The notes: generated by a model not told the origin, from the letters alone. A DNA stretch of 64,000 bases from an uncultured Pseudomonadota bacterium (GCA_963770835.1 CAVYRH010000005.1:64001-128000); one strand, 5' to 3'; positions 1 to 9,610 are shown, numbered from the stretch's first letter. Program-made: numbers and translations.

Positions 1-79
1 AAATAACAGGAAAACCATGAGTGCCTTTTAGCGGTACTTCCCGCTAGGGGCATCCAGGTTGATATCTAAGGAGTAGTCC

Positions 80-373
80 ATGCGTATTGAAGGTTTTCAA
101 AACATCCCCGCGGTTCTCCAGTCCTTGAAGACTGGACCTTCCCCCAAGACGGAATCGCAAAACGAGTCAGTGGGAAGTGCGTCTTCTGTTTCTTTAAGCT
201 CCTTCGCTGAGGTTTTCCAAAATCTCCAGAGGGAAGCGGCCCAGGCCGCAGTGATCCGGAATGAGAAGGTGGAGCAATTAGCCCAACAAACTCAAAACGG
301 AAAACTTTCGGTGGATTTGGATAAATTGGCTTCGAAGTTGGTGGATTCCCAAGTGATCAACATCCAAGGATAA
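80..373 (+). CDS. flgM: Flagellar anti-sigma-28 factor FlgM
   Basis: 97 aa; SVSLS motif and C-terminal IRNEKVEQLAQQTQNGKLSVDLDKLASKLV match the FlgM pattern; SD AAGGAG; directly upstream of an flgN/flgK-like pair. Confidence 0.85.
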   Translation: MRIEGFQNIPAVLQSLKTGPSPKTESQNESVGSASSVSLSSFAEVFQNLQREAAQAAVIRNEKVEQLAQQTQNGKLSVDLDKLASKLVDSQVINIQG

Positions 374-376
374 GGG

Positions 377-862
377 ATGAACGAACTCGTTGGTGCACTC
401 ATTGAAAGTTTGAACCAGGAAACCGGACACTACCGCCGGTTGGCCATTTTGGCTGAACAACAAAGAGAACTGCTCGTGGCGGGGAAAATGGAAACTTTGC
501 CGGAGAACCTTCGTCTTGAGGAAAAAGAAGTTTTTGCGCTGAGCCCCCTCGTGGCTGAGCGCAATGGGCTTTTGGGAAAAATGGCCAAAGCCAACCAGCT
601 TAAGACGATGGGGTTGGGTGAGGCTTTGGAGAAGTGCCCGGCGGACCAAGCCACGGATTTGAGAAAAGCGGTCACGGAATTGGCGAGATCGGCTAAAAAG
701 CTCGAGGAAATCAACCAAATTAACGAAAGGCTCTTGGGTAATGCGCTGAAAGATGTGAATTTCACCTTGAGACTTATCCGCAGCGGAGGTAAGGCAAAAA
801 CGCCAACAGCTCCCCGTACAGCGGAAGAGAAAAAACCTTCATTCGTGGACAGGGTCATTTAA
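377..862 (+). CDS. flgN: Flagellar export chaperone FlgN
   Basis: 161 aa helical, K/E-rich; L..IN..N..LL...L...NFTL signature; lies between flgM and flgK. Confidence 0.85.
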   Translation: MNELVGALIESLNQETGHYRRLAILAEQQRELLVAGKMETLPENLRLEEKEVFALSPLVAERNGLLGKMAKANQLKTMGLGEALEKCPADQATDLRKAVTELARSAKKLEEINQINERLLGNALKDVNFTLRLIRSGGKAKTPTAPRTAEEKKPSFVDRVI

Positions 863-872
863 GGAGGATTGG

Positions 873-3200
873 GTGATTAACAGTTTTCAAAGTATCAACA
901 CTATCACGAGCGGGCTCGTTCTCCAGCAATTGGAGCAAGAAATCAACGCTTCGAATATTGCCAATCCCTCCGTGGATTCCAACGGTTATTTGATGAACAG
1001 TCTGGAGCAAGTGAATGTGACGCCGGGAGCGTCATTGAACCTTTCGGGCGTCGGTGGCCCATTCCAAGTGGGGACCGGCCCGACCGTAGAATCCATAACC
1101 CGCCTTCGCAGTTCGTTTTTGGACTCCCAAATCCAACAGGAAAGCACCGTGCTGGGCCAGGCAGAAATATTGGCTAATTCGCAGAACACCGGAATCTTGA
1201 ACCAAATTCAAAACATCATTGACGGTCCCACCACATTGAGCTCGGCCCTGAACACCTTCGCCGCCGACTGGGCTGCTTTGGGGTCCAACGCCGACCCCGC
1301 CACAGACGCAAACGACCAAGCCAGCGTTGTTCAATCGGGGATAGCCTTCGCGCAATTGGCCACCAGCCAGTTTAACCAGTTGGAGACCTTACAGGCTGGC
1401 AACGGCCAGCAAATCAACAGCACGATCACCCAGATCAACGGTCTTCTCCAGCAATTATCGGCCATCAACAAGCAGCTTTTGGCTACGCCGGGTTCTAACC
1501 AAAACAGCCTTTTGGATGCGAGGGATTACGCCTTGGACAAGCTCTCCCGTCTCGTCAACATCCAAACCAATATCACCGCCAACGGCACCGTCAGCGTGTA
1601 TTTGAGTGGCAGTAGTGTAACCCTGGTGGACCCATCGGGCGCTGCGATATTTCAAACCAATCCCTTGAATACCCATTACCCCGACCTGGTGGGCGTCACC
1701 ATTCAAACGCCGGAGGGCGGGTTTTACGGTGGGGACGTAAACGGGACGCCCAATGACATTGAAAACTCCATCACCGGCGGGAACCTGGGCGGGGAACTGC
1801 AAGCCCAATATACCATTATGTCCTACCAGGAGCAGGTTGACCAAATCGCGACCTCCGTCATCAACGTGACCAACGATCTTCATGAGGCTGGCTACGCAGC
1901 GGATGGGGTGACCACGGGGACCCCCTTTTTCACGGGCACGGGCGCGGCAAGCATCGGGGTCAACCCCGTGTTGATCACCAACAACGCTTTAGTGGCCGCC
2001 TCCGTCAGCCCCGGCACCCCCACCAACGGACAAGTGGCCCAGTTCCTCGGCAACTTGCCCAACATCCTGGCGGATAATTTCGTGGAAAGCGACAACCAAA
2101 TCGCCGTCCCCGGCTCCATCAACCCGGCCACGCCGATCGGGGCCCAGGTTTTCGCCAGCCCGGTTAGCGCCACTGGTTCCTTCAGAGTGGACGGAGTGCT
2201 CATTAGTTGGAACAATACCCAATCTATCGACACCATCTTGGCCGCCATCAACGGCAATCCCAATCTCAAGAATGTTTACGCCGTTTATAACGCCTCCACT
2301 AGCCAGTTTTACATGTTTTCCAACAACCCCATCCAAATTACGAATGTCACCGGCAATTTCACGACCTGGGGCAACATCGCCAACGTGCTGACCAGCACCA
2401 TCCGCATGAACAATTACGAGGCCCCCGACATGCCCCTCATCGACGCCAGCGAACTTCCGCCGGGACCGCCCTTTTTCGGCAAACCGGCCGCGGCTCCCAT
2501 GGACTCAACTGTGCCGGGTTCCAATGCGGACACGGGCCCTAACAGCATCGCCTTTAAAGTGGTGCCGAGCACGAGCGGCGTCTTCACAATCAACGGCAAC
2601 ACCTTTGTTTGGAACAATAATATGTCCTTGAACCAAGTGGGCGCCCTGATCAATGTTCCCCCGGCCACCTACACCATCAACGGGGTAACATCCCCCAATC
2701 CGAATCCCGGTTGGGTGGGAACCAGTGACATTGCGTTTAATTTTAATCCAGCCACCCAGACCGTCACCTTGACTTCGACACAAAATGGGGGCAACTCGCC
2801 CGAGCCCATCCAAATTAACGATATTTCCGGCAACTTCACTGTTTTCACTGGCTTGAACGCCGACACCCCCATTGGAAGCCTGGCCTCGGGTTTGACCAGC
2901 CAAATTGCCTCCAATACCGCTGGCGAGCAGGCTCTAGAAAGCCAAGCTTCGAACTCCTTAAATCAGCTTAACATCGCCCAGGACAATATCGCGGGTGTTA
3001 ACACTTCCAGTAACGGTTCTGGACCAGGTGTTCCCCTCCAAACCATCGAGCAGCAGGCCATGCAATCCTTAATCTCTTACAACGCCATGTTGGAAGTTTT
3101 ACAAGTGATCGACAATATGTACGTTGATTTGGTGAACATGCTGGGTGGATCCACCGCGACATCTTCCTTTGCACCTGAATCGACATCTTCAACAATTTGA
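873..3200 (+). CDS. flgK: Flagellar hook-associated protein FlgK (divergent)
   Basis: N-terminal SGL..QQ...NASNIAN, GTGPTVESITRLRSSFLDSQ, NSLLDARDYALDKLS, ITGGNLGG; C-terminal GVN...YNAM..V....D.M; GTG start with SD AAGGAGG. Confidence 0.85.
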   Translation: MINSFQSINTITSGLVLQQLEQEINASNIANPSVDSNGYLMNSLEQVNVTPGASLNLSGVGGPFQVGTGPTVESITRLRSSFLDSQIQQESTVLGQAEILANSQNTGILNQIQNIIDGPTTLSSALNTFAADWAALGSNADPATDANDQASVVQSGIAFAQLATSQFNQLETLQAGNGQQINSTITQINGLLQQLSAINKQLLATPGSNQNSLLDARDYALDKLSRLVNIQTNITANGTVSVYLSGSSVTLVDPSGAAIFQTNPLNTHYPDLVGVTIQTPEGGFYGGDVNGTPNDIENSITGGNLGGELQAQYTIMSYQEQVDQIATSVINVTNDLHEAGYAADGVTTGTPFFTGTGAASIGVNPVLITNNALVAASVSPGTPTNGQVAQFLGNLPNILADNFVESDNQIAVPGSINPATPIGAQVFASPVSATGSFRVDGVLISWNNTQSIDTILAAINGNPNLKNVYAVYNASTSQFYMFSNNPIQITNVTGNFTTWGNIANVLTSTIRMNNYEAPDMPLIDASELPPGPPFFGKPAAAPMDSTVPGSNADTGPNSIAFKVVPSTSGVFTINGNTFVWNNNMSLNQVGALINVPPATYTINGVTSPNPNPGWVGTSDIAFNFNPATQTVTLTSTQNGGNSPEPIQINDISGNFTVFTGLNADTPIGSLASGLTSQIASNTAGEQALESQASNSLNQLNIAQDNIAGVNTSSNGSGPGVPLQTIEQQAMQSLISYNAMLEVLQVIDNMYVDLVNMLGGSTATSSFAPESTSSTI

Positions 3201-3212
3201 GGTGAAGAAGCT

Positions 3213-6200
3213 GTGAGCAACATAAGCGAGCTTTTAAATCTAACATCCACACCCCCCTCGGACACAACCGGGGTTTTTGGGGGGGCGGGCCCGGTTGCGC
3301 CGAAGAACTCCCAAAGCGGAAATAGTTCTTTTCAGGACCTTTTGGCCCGCATTGCTTCCCAAAAGGGAAACGCTAACAGCTCCAACCCTGTTTCGACTAC
3401 GCCTCAGGGAATGGCGGCGGGACAGGAATCGGCTCCAACTTCGATTATGCCGGGACAAGCCGGGACTTTCACGGCCGTTTCTGAAACAACCCTTGCCGTC
3501 ACTGAATCGGTAAAGGCCTCCAATCCCCAACAATTAGCCCAGGCGGAGCAGGCGCTGGCTTCCTTGGCCGTGGGGTTGGCCCACTTGATCAGCATCATGT
3601 CCCAAATGAACCAGGGGCAGACGCAGCAAGCCCAAGCGGCCCTGAAGGCTTTGGGAGCGGGCCCGAACGCCCTTCCCGGTATTCAGAACATCCTGAACAA
3701 CCTTCAGACCTTTTTCCAACAATTGCCGCCGAACCAGAACCCACTGAATCTCACGTCCGGCCAACAAACCGCTTTACTTGGCCAATTATTCCAACAGATG
3801 ATTCAAAACCAGCAGGTGCTTTTTGGCGTTACGCCCACAGCCCAAACCGGAACCAACGCCCCCCAAGCGGGCATCGGTGGAATCCCGCAAACGGCTGTCC
3901 TGCAAGTCCTGTTTTCGGAGACCCAAGCCAGCCTAACCCAGCAAGGAACCAACGAAGCTTCCCAGGTTTTCATCAACCTTCAGACCTTTAAAATGTCCGC
4001 TACGTTTATTCAGGAAGGCCAAGGATCCAACCTGCAGGCGCTCCCCCCCAATTCCCAAGCATTGTTGAACAACTTGAACCCAGCCATGCCAAACCTTCAA
4101 GCGGCGAATACCCCGGCCGTCACCCCGGCAAACTCAATGTCTTTGGCATATTCCCAAAATGATTTGAACCAAAACTTCAAAAACCTAGTCCAGCTCCTCA
4201 TGCAATCGGGAGTTGGGCAGGCGGTCCTGACAACTTTCATGCGGAGCCAACAAGAAGCGGGGAATTTGGCCCCTATGAACAACCAGGCCAATGCTCTCCT
4301 ACCCGTTTCCGCCAACAACCTCAGCCAGGCCCCCCCAGCTAATGTGGAAATACCGCCGGTGAACCCTACCGAATTGACAATGTCGACTGTCAATAACGCC
4401 GATGTCGCTCAAGGCCATAATCAACAAAACGCCACGCTCCTTAAAGCGCAAACAGTTCAGCTCCCCCCGGTAAGTGAAAACTTTGGGGAACCTCCCCAAG
4501 CCCAAAACCCAACAAATACCATACAGGGTCAGCCCCAAACGACTGTCAATCCGCTTCCAGCCGAAACAACGGGATTGAATCCAAATGAGGGAACGGCCTT
4601 AAACAATATGGCGGCCGGGTTGAATACCTTTACTCCCCTGACTTTTTCCACGGGCCCCAATAACACAGGGGGAAATCCGAAAGTCCAAAACCCAACTAAC
4701 ATCGCTCAAGTTCAACCCAAAACTCCCGTTAATCCGTCCCTGGGAGAAGCAGTGTCATTGGGCCAAAGCCAGGGGAACGCCGTGCAAACGCAGCCACAAA
4801 CGGCGGTTCAGTTGCCGACGCCCCAAAATGAGGGGTTGAATCCGAGTGAAATAGCTGCCTTAAATGACACCGTTGCCAAGATGAACGCCTCTGCTTTGCA
4901 CGACATCCAAGGCAGTATTGGCGGCAACAACGCGACACCCGACATGAATCTGACCCAAGGACAGGTTATAGCCTCTTTAACCGCAAACCGGCTTTCGGGC
5001 GCTCAACCGCCGACTTTTGGGAATCCCTCGGTTCCCATTGATGCGCCCGTAACGGCCCAACAAGTTCCGGCTTTAAATACTGCCGCTCAAAAGACCGCCA
5101 CGGCTCTTGCGGCTGTTCAACCAGCTCAAAACACAGGTGGTACTACAACGACCCCTTCCAACACCAACCAACAAGCGGTTGTTTTTTCGGGCCCGGCAAT
5201 TAATGTTTCAACTCTCTTGCAAGAACCCATCAACCAATCCGCTCCACCCATTCTTCAAGCGGCCGGCAACCCACCTCCTACAAACCAAGCCTCAGTCTTG
5301 AACAATATGGTTGAGACTGCTCCTGCCATAGGAAATATCAACATTAATTTGGCCTCGCTTTCTGCAATTAATACCTCCAACACGGCCGTTACCGCCAATC
5401 CGGGCCCGGCCCCGGTTACAGCTCCCAATACGGTTGTTCCGCTTCCGCAACCGGTGACTTTGCCGGTTGGTGCTAACCCCTCAACGACACAGGCCACCCC
5501 CCCTGGCGTCACTCCGGGCCTTGCCCCGGCTCTCCTGAACCAAACGATTAGTCCGCCTGCCACTTCGCAGGCGCCAACTCTTCCCGCTACCGCAGTGGTG
5601 GGAGAAGGTGTTAAAGCCGAGATCCCGGCAACGACTGTCCCGAGAAACGAAAACTTCGCAAATCCCTCTGCGGTGGCGAATGCCCAGCCCTTGGCTTCCG
5701 TGATTCCGATTTCTCCTGAGGCGGTGGCCCCAGCGGACTCGGTATTGAGTTCCGCCGCCGGTCTTGGAACTTTGAACGTATTGGATAAAAACGCGCCTAA
5801 TAATTCAGCCATATTGGAAGCCAATACCCTTTTGGGCCTATCCAGTGTGGCCAACCAGTCTTCCGGTACCCATACAACCTCCCCAGCGGCTATTTCCACG
5901 GCTCCGGGGTTCAACTTCGACACCGTCAGCCTTCTAGGCCAAATTTCCCAGCAAATTGCAGCTCAAACCACCGGGGCGAGAGCTGTTTCCCGGTTGAACT
6001 TCCAGCTTATTCCCGAAAGCCTGGGCCGCGTGACGGTCCAAATCGCACTTGTGGATCAGTCCGTTTCCGCCCGTATCTTGGTTACCAACCCAGAGGTTAG
6101 GGAGGCCCTCCAAACCCACATGGTGGACCTTAAATCGGCCCTCAACCAAGCCGGCCTTCAAATCGACCAGTTGCAGGTTCAGGTTCAGGGAGGAGGGGGT

Positions 6201-6365
6201 GGCAACCTCTTGGCCCAGTATTACCAGTATCAACAGGAGGGCTTTGGGTACCGCACACCGGTCTCCCCGCTCCTTAACGGCACCGAGGTAGCCCAAAACC
6301 CCGAAAATATTGGGGGTGCGGGGGTTTTATCGTCCCGGATGTCCTTGGTGGATGTCCTGGCCTGA
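3213..6365 (+). CDS. fliK: Flagellar hook-length control protein FliK (1050 aa)
   Basis: Long P/Q/N/T/A-rich low-complexity region; C-terminal Flg_hook domain QLIPESLGRVTVQI...SARILVTNPEVREAL...LKSAL..AG; precedes flgD. Confidence 0.85.
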   Translation: MSNISELLNLTSTPPSDTTGVFGGAGPVAPKNSQSGNSSFQDLLARIASQKGNANSSNPVSTTPQGMAAGQESAPTSIMPGQAGTFTAVSETTLAVTESVKASNPQQLAQAEQALASLAVGLAHLISIMSQMNQGQTQQAQAALKALGAGPNALPGIQNILNNLQTFFQQLPPNQNPLNLTSGQQTALLGQLFQQMIQNQQVLFGVTPTAQTGTNAPQAGIGGIPQTAVLQVLFSETQASLTQQGTNEASQVFINLQTFKMSATFIQEGQGSNLQALPPNSQALLNNLNPAMPNLQAANTPAVTPANSMSLAYSQNDLNQNFKNLVQLLMQSGVGQAVLTTFMRSQQEAGNLAPMNNQANALLPVSANNLSQAPPANVEIPPVNPTELTMSTVNNADVAQGHNQQNATLLKAQTVQLPPVSENFGEPPQAQNPTNTIQGQPQTTVNPLPAETTGLNPNEGTALNNMAAGLNTFTPLTFSTGPNNTGGNPKVQNPTNIAQVQPKTPVNPSLGEAVSLGQSQGNAVQTQPQTAVQLPTPQNEGLNPSEIAALNDTVAKMNASALHDIQGSIGGNNATPDMNLTQGQVIASLTANRLSGAQPPTFGNPSVPIDAPVTAQQVPALNTAAQKTATALAAVQPAQNTGGTTTTPSNTNQQAVVFSGPAINVSTLLQEPINQSAPPILQAAGNPPPTNQASVLNNMVETAPAIGNININLASLSAINTSNTAVTANPGPAPVTAPNTVVPLPQPVTLPVGANPSTTQATPPGVTPGLAPALLNQTISPPATSQAPTLPATAVVGEGVKAEIPATTVPRNENFANPSAVANAQPLASVIPISPEAVAPADSVLSSAAGLGTLNVLDKNAPNNSAILEANTLLGLSSVANQSSGTHTTSPAAISTAPGFNFDTVSLLGQISQQIAAQTTGARAVSRLNFQLIPESLGRVTVQIALVDQSVSARILVTNPEVREALQTHMVDLKSALNQAGLQIDQLQVQVQGGGGGNLLAQYYQYQQEGFGYRTPVSPLLNGTEVAQNPENIGGAGVLSSRMSLVDVLA

Positions 6366-6388
6366 GGTATAGTTTTAGCGATTTAAGT

Positions 6389-6415
6389 TAAAGTTTTCGG
6401 CCTTGGGGCCGTTAT
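6389..6415 (+). promoter_or_regulatory. Sigma-28 (FliA/SigD)-type promoter upstream of flgD
   Basis: TAAAGTTT-N11-GCCGTTAT versus consensus TAAAGTTT-N11-GCCGATAA; exact spacing, 26 bp before the flgD ATG. Confidence 0.7.
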
Positions 6416-6441
6416 AAACATTAGAAAGTGGGGTGATTTAA

Positions 6442-6888
6442 ATGGTTTCAGGAGTCAGCGGAAGTTCAAATTCGAATAGCAGCGGCGCCCTCACAAATGC
6501 GCTTGCCGCTACGTCGAATAACAACCAGTTCGTGTCCCAGAATACGTTTTTAACGCTTCTGATCACGCAACTACAGAACCAGGACCCGATGAACCCGCAG
6601 GACAGCAGCCAGTTTGTCACCCAGTTGGCGCAGTTTTCGTCACTGGAGCAAATGACGCAGCTCAACCAGAACTTCACCAGCGTTCTGGATAATTCAGCGG
6701 CGGGGCTGATCGGCCAGACAGTGACGGTGGCGGATCAGAGTTCGCAAAGCGGCTTCACGACCGGCCAAGTTTCCGGCATTGTTTATTTCGCCAATGGCCC
6801 GGCGGTCCAGATCAATGGAGTAAATTATCCATTGTCCGACGTCCAAAACGTCGGAACGGTTACCCCGAACGCGCCGACGGGTGGGTGA
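6442..6888 (+). CDS. flgD: Flagellar hook capping protein FlgD
   Basis: FLTLLITQLQNQDPMNP.D...FVTQLAQFSSLEQM signature; LIG.TV. Confidence 0.95.
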   Translation: MVSGVSGSSNSNSSGALTNALAATSNNNQFVSQNTFLTLLITQLQNQDPMNPQDSSQFVTQLAQFSSLEQMTQLNQNFTSVLDNSAAGLIGQTVTVADQSSQSGFTTGQVSGIVYFANGPAVQINGVNYPLSDVQNVGTVTPNAPTGG

Positions 6889-6937
6889 GGTGTTTTGCCT
6901 AGAATGCCTAGGCAGTTGAAAGGCGGGTGAAGACAAA

Positions 6938-7345
6938 GTGGTTCAGCAAGTTAACTTTAACGATCCCCTAAACACGGTTGAGAACGTCCAGAACCAGGCC
7001 CAGTTGCAGATTATGCAACAACAGGCCAGCCGGGCGGCTGAAGCCGTTCAACCTTTTGATTCGATACTGCAGTCGACGGTTGACAAAGGGAATGGTTTAA
7101 AGTTTTCGGCTCATGCCAAGGAGAGATTGGGCCTGAGAAACATCAATCTTTCGGCGGACGACTTGAACCGCATGAACGACGCGGTAAACAAGGCGGCCTC
7201 GAAAGGCGCCCAGCAGTCCCTGCTGGTGATGGACAACCAGGCTTTCATCGTGAGCGTGCCGAACCGCACCGTGATCACCGCGATGGATAGCGGTAGCATG
7301 AAAGAGAACGTCTTCACGAATATTGATAGCGCGGTGATTGTTTGA
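6938..7345 (+). CDS. Putative flagellar operon protein (TIGR02530 family)
   Basis: LKFSAHAKERL..RNI, AFIVSVPNRTVITAMD, ENVFTNIDSAVI; characteristic position between flgD and flgE. Confidence 0.9.
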   Translation: MVQQVNFNDPLNTVENVQNQAQLQIMQQQASRAAEAVQPFDSILQSTVDKGNGLKFSAHAKERLGLRNINLSADDLNRMNDAVNKAASKGAQQSLLVMDNQAFIVSVPNRTVITAMDSGSMKENVFTNIDSAVIV

Positions 7346-7426
7346 CTCAAGTAAAAAAAGAATCGGCCGTTAGGTATTTGGAGTTTTAAGCCGGTTCAAG
7401 TTGGATGATGAAGAGAAGTTGCAGTA

Positions 7427-7480
7427 CGGGCTGGACCTCCTCGAGGGAGCCCGAAATCCGGATGGGTTGATTGCCCGTCC
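7427..7480 (+). promoter_or_regulatory. Two-hairpin structured RNA leader of flgE (candidate cis-regulatory element)
   Basis: Hairpin 1 CGGGCT-GGA-CCTC-CTC-GAGG-G-AGCCCG; hairpin 2 GGATGGG-TTGATTG-CCCGTCC; ends 9 nt before SD AAGGAGGA. Confidence 0.5.
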
Positions 7481-7502
7481 AAAACTCTGAAGGAGGAAGA
7501 CC

Positions 7503-9518
7503 ATGGGTCTTCGAGACATGTTTAGCGCGATTTCCGGGCTCCAAGCCAATAGCACTTGGCTTGACGTGATCGGAAACAATATTGCGAACGTTAATACGGT
7601 AGCCTACAAGGCCAGCCGGGTTGAGTTTTCAGACCAGTTCAGCCAGACGCTCAACGGTGGAACGGGGGACAACCCCTCGGTCGGCTTGGGTGGAACTGAT
7701 CCTGAGCAGATCGGGTTGGGGACGAGGGTAGCCTCCATCCAAACCCTCTTCACCGAGGGAACGCTTCAAAATACCGGTATTTCCACGGATATCGCCATCG
7801 TGGGGAACGGGTTTTTGGTGTCCAAGAGCGGTGACAACACTCTTTTAACCCGCGCCGGGAACCTGACATTCGACAGCAACGGAAATCTGGTGGATCAAAA
7901 CGGCGGCCTGATCCAGGGCTTGACTGCCAGTGTGCAATACACTAACAAGACTATCTTGACAGTCGCGGATGGCGCGCCGGCAGCCCCTGGTCTCCAGATT
8001 ACTTCGGCCAAGTTGGGGTTCACTACCACCAGCGCCGCCGCCGCCCAGAACATCAATATTCCCCGGGATATGACCGAGCCCCCGAATGCCACGACGATCG
8101 TCAATTTTTCGGGCAACCTGGATTCCTTTCTGCAGGCCACGGATGCAGCCGATGGTGGGATTCTTGACATCGGAAGCAACGCCGTTCCGGCCGCTGCGGG
8201 GGCTCCTCCCGAAGCATTGCCGCTTGCGGACGCGTCGGTCGTACTAAACGCCAACGTTTTCAACAAAATCGCAGATCCTAATAATCCCCTTGGCCAAGTT
8301 ATCCAACAAGTGGCGGATGCTGGCGTCGAGGGTGCCGTTGGGAACGCCGATGTCGCCGCAAAGGGAAATGATCCAAATGTGAATACGAACATTTGGACCT
8401 ACGCCATGACCCAGCCGCCGACAACGGGGCAAGACGCCTTGACCATTCGGACGGATGCCTTCAACGGAACGGCTAACTTTGCCTGGGACCAGCAGCCTCC
8501 CGTCAATCCGGCCCACCAGGTCGTGGAGCAGGTTTATGATTCCGAGGGCAATCCCCGCCAAGTCACCATCAATTTCTACCAAGTGAATGATTTGGGCGAC
8601 GGGGGAATCAATAACTCAGCCGGCCCCAACCAAGTGGCTTACGCTTGGTATGCTTTTGACACCACGGGTGGAGCGCAACCCAGCTCAGCGAATATCGTTG
8701 GGGGAACAGGCCTCATGGACAGTGATGCCAATGGGAACCATTATGACCGCGGGGTGACCGGTGACGAATTCTATGGTGACCTTCTCGTTTTTAACACCGA
8801 TGGGTCTCTGCTTTCCACCGGCGGTGGAGAAAATGTCGCGGGCGCTAATGGACAGTTCCTGCAAGCCATGCCGGATATTTATCTTCCGCCCATGAACAAC
8901 GCGGGGGCGCCGGCTGTTGCTGGGAACCCGCCGAATCCCGCGAATGGAATGGGTGGGCCTGCTTCCCCTATTCCGACCCAGGGTGCCCAAATCACCCAGA
9001 TCACGCTCAATTTCGGTACTGCCGGAATTTTGGGTCAGGGACAAAGGAACGGACTTTACAGCGATGCGGAAGGAAGCTACCAGATCGTCAACGGTGTCAA
9101 CACCTACGTGCCAAATTCCACGGCTTACGCCAAGAGTCAAGATGGTTTTGCGGAAGGAGTCTTGCAAAGCGTAAACTTTGACGCAACGGGAACCATCCAA
9201 GGCACTTTCTCCAACGGCCAGACTTCGGCCATTGGGCAGGTGATTATCGCCATGCCAAACAACCCCGATGGGTTGAACAGCGTGGGGAATAATTACTATC
9301 AGGCTTCGGCGAATTCCGGGGCCATGTTCGTTGGTTTCGCCGGGCAGGACGGCGTTGGGACCATCCAGGGCGACACGTTGGAGCTTTCCAACGTCGACCT
9401 GACCACGGAGCTTTCCAACATGATCATCGCGCAGAGGGGATTCGACGTTAACTCGCGTGTGATCGCTGTTGAGAACGCTAACCTGCAGGTCCTGAGCCAA
9501 TTGGGCCAGGGTGGCTGA
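7503..9518 (+). CDS. flgE: Flagellar hook protein FlgE
   Basis: AISGL.AN...LDVIGNNIANVNTVAYKASR..F; TRAGN..FD.NG.LV; VYDSEG; C-terminal LELSNVDLTTELSNMIIAQRGF..NSRVI. Confidence 0.95.
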   Translation: MGLRDMFSAISGLQANSTWLDVIGNNIANVNTVAYKASRVEFSDQFSQTLNGGTGDNPSVGLGGTDPEQIGLGTRVASIQTLFTEGTLQNTGISTDIAIVGNGFLVSKSGDNTLLTRAGNLTFDSNGNLVDQNGGLIQGLTASVQYTNKTILTVADGAPAAPGLQITSAKLGFTTTSAAAAQNINIPRDMTEPPNATTIVNFSGNLDSFLQATDAADGGILDIGSNAVPAAAGAPPEALPLADASVVLNANVFNKIADPNNPLGQVIQQVADAGVEGAVGNADVAAKGNDPNVNTNIWTYAMTQPPTTGQDALTIRTDAFNGTANFAWDQQPPVNPAHQVVEQVYDSEGNPRQVTINFYQVNDLGDGGINNSAGPNQVAYAWYAFDTTGGAQPSSANIVGGTGLMDSDANGNHYDRGVTGDEFYGDLLVFNTDGSLLSTGGGENVAGANGQFLQAMPDIYLPPMNNAGAPAVAGNPPNPANGMGGPASPIPTQGAQITQITLNFGTAGILGQGQRNGLYSDAEGSYQIVNGVNTYVPNSTAYAKSQDGFAEGVLQSVNFDATGTIQGTFSNGQTSAIGQVIIAMPNNPDGLNSVGNNYYQASANSGAMFVGFAGQDGVGTIQGDTLELSNVDLTTELSNMIIAQRGFDVNSRVIAVENANLQVLSQLGQGG

Positions 9519-9577
9519 GGTTAAAAGTTGAGTAAAAAGCTTGGGTTCGTTTTCAATGAAACCAAGCTTTGTAGGCA

Positions 9578-9610
9578 GGCGGCGCCCCTTCAAGGGGCGC
9601 CGTTTTTATT
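9578..9610 (+). terminator. Intrinsic terminator after flgE
   Basis: GGCGGCGCCCCT-TCA-AGGGGCGCCGTT followed by a T-rich tract; a second hairpin lies at 9536-9570. Confidence 0.8.
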
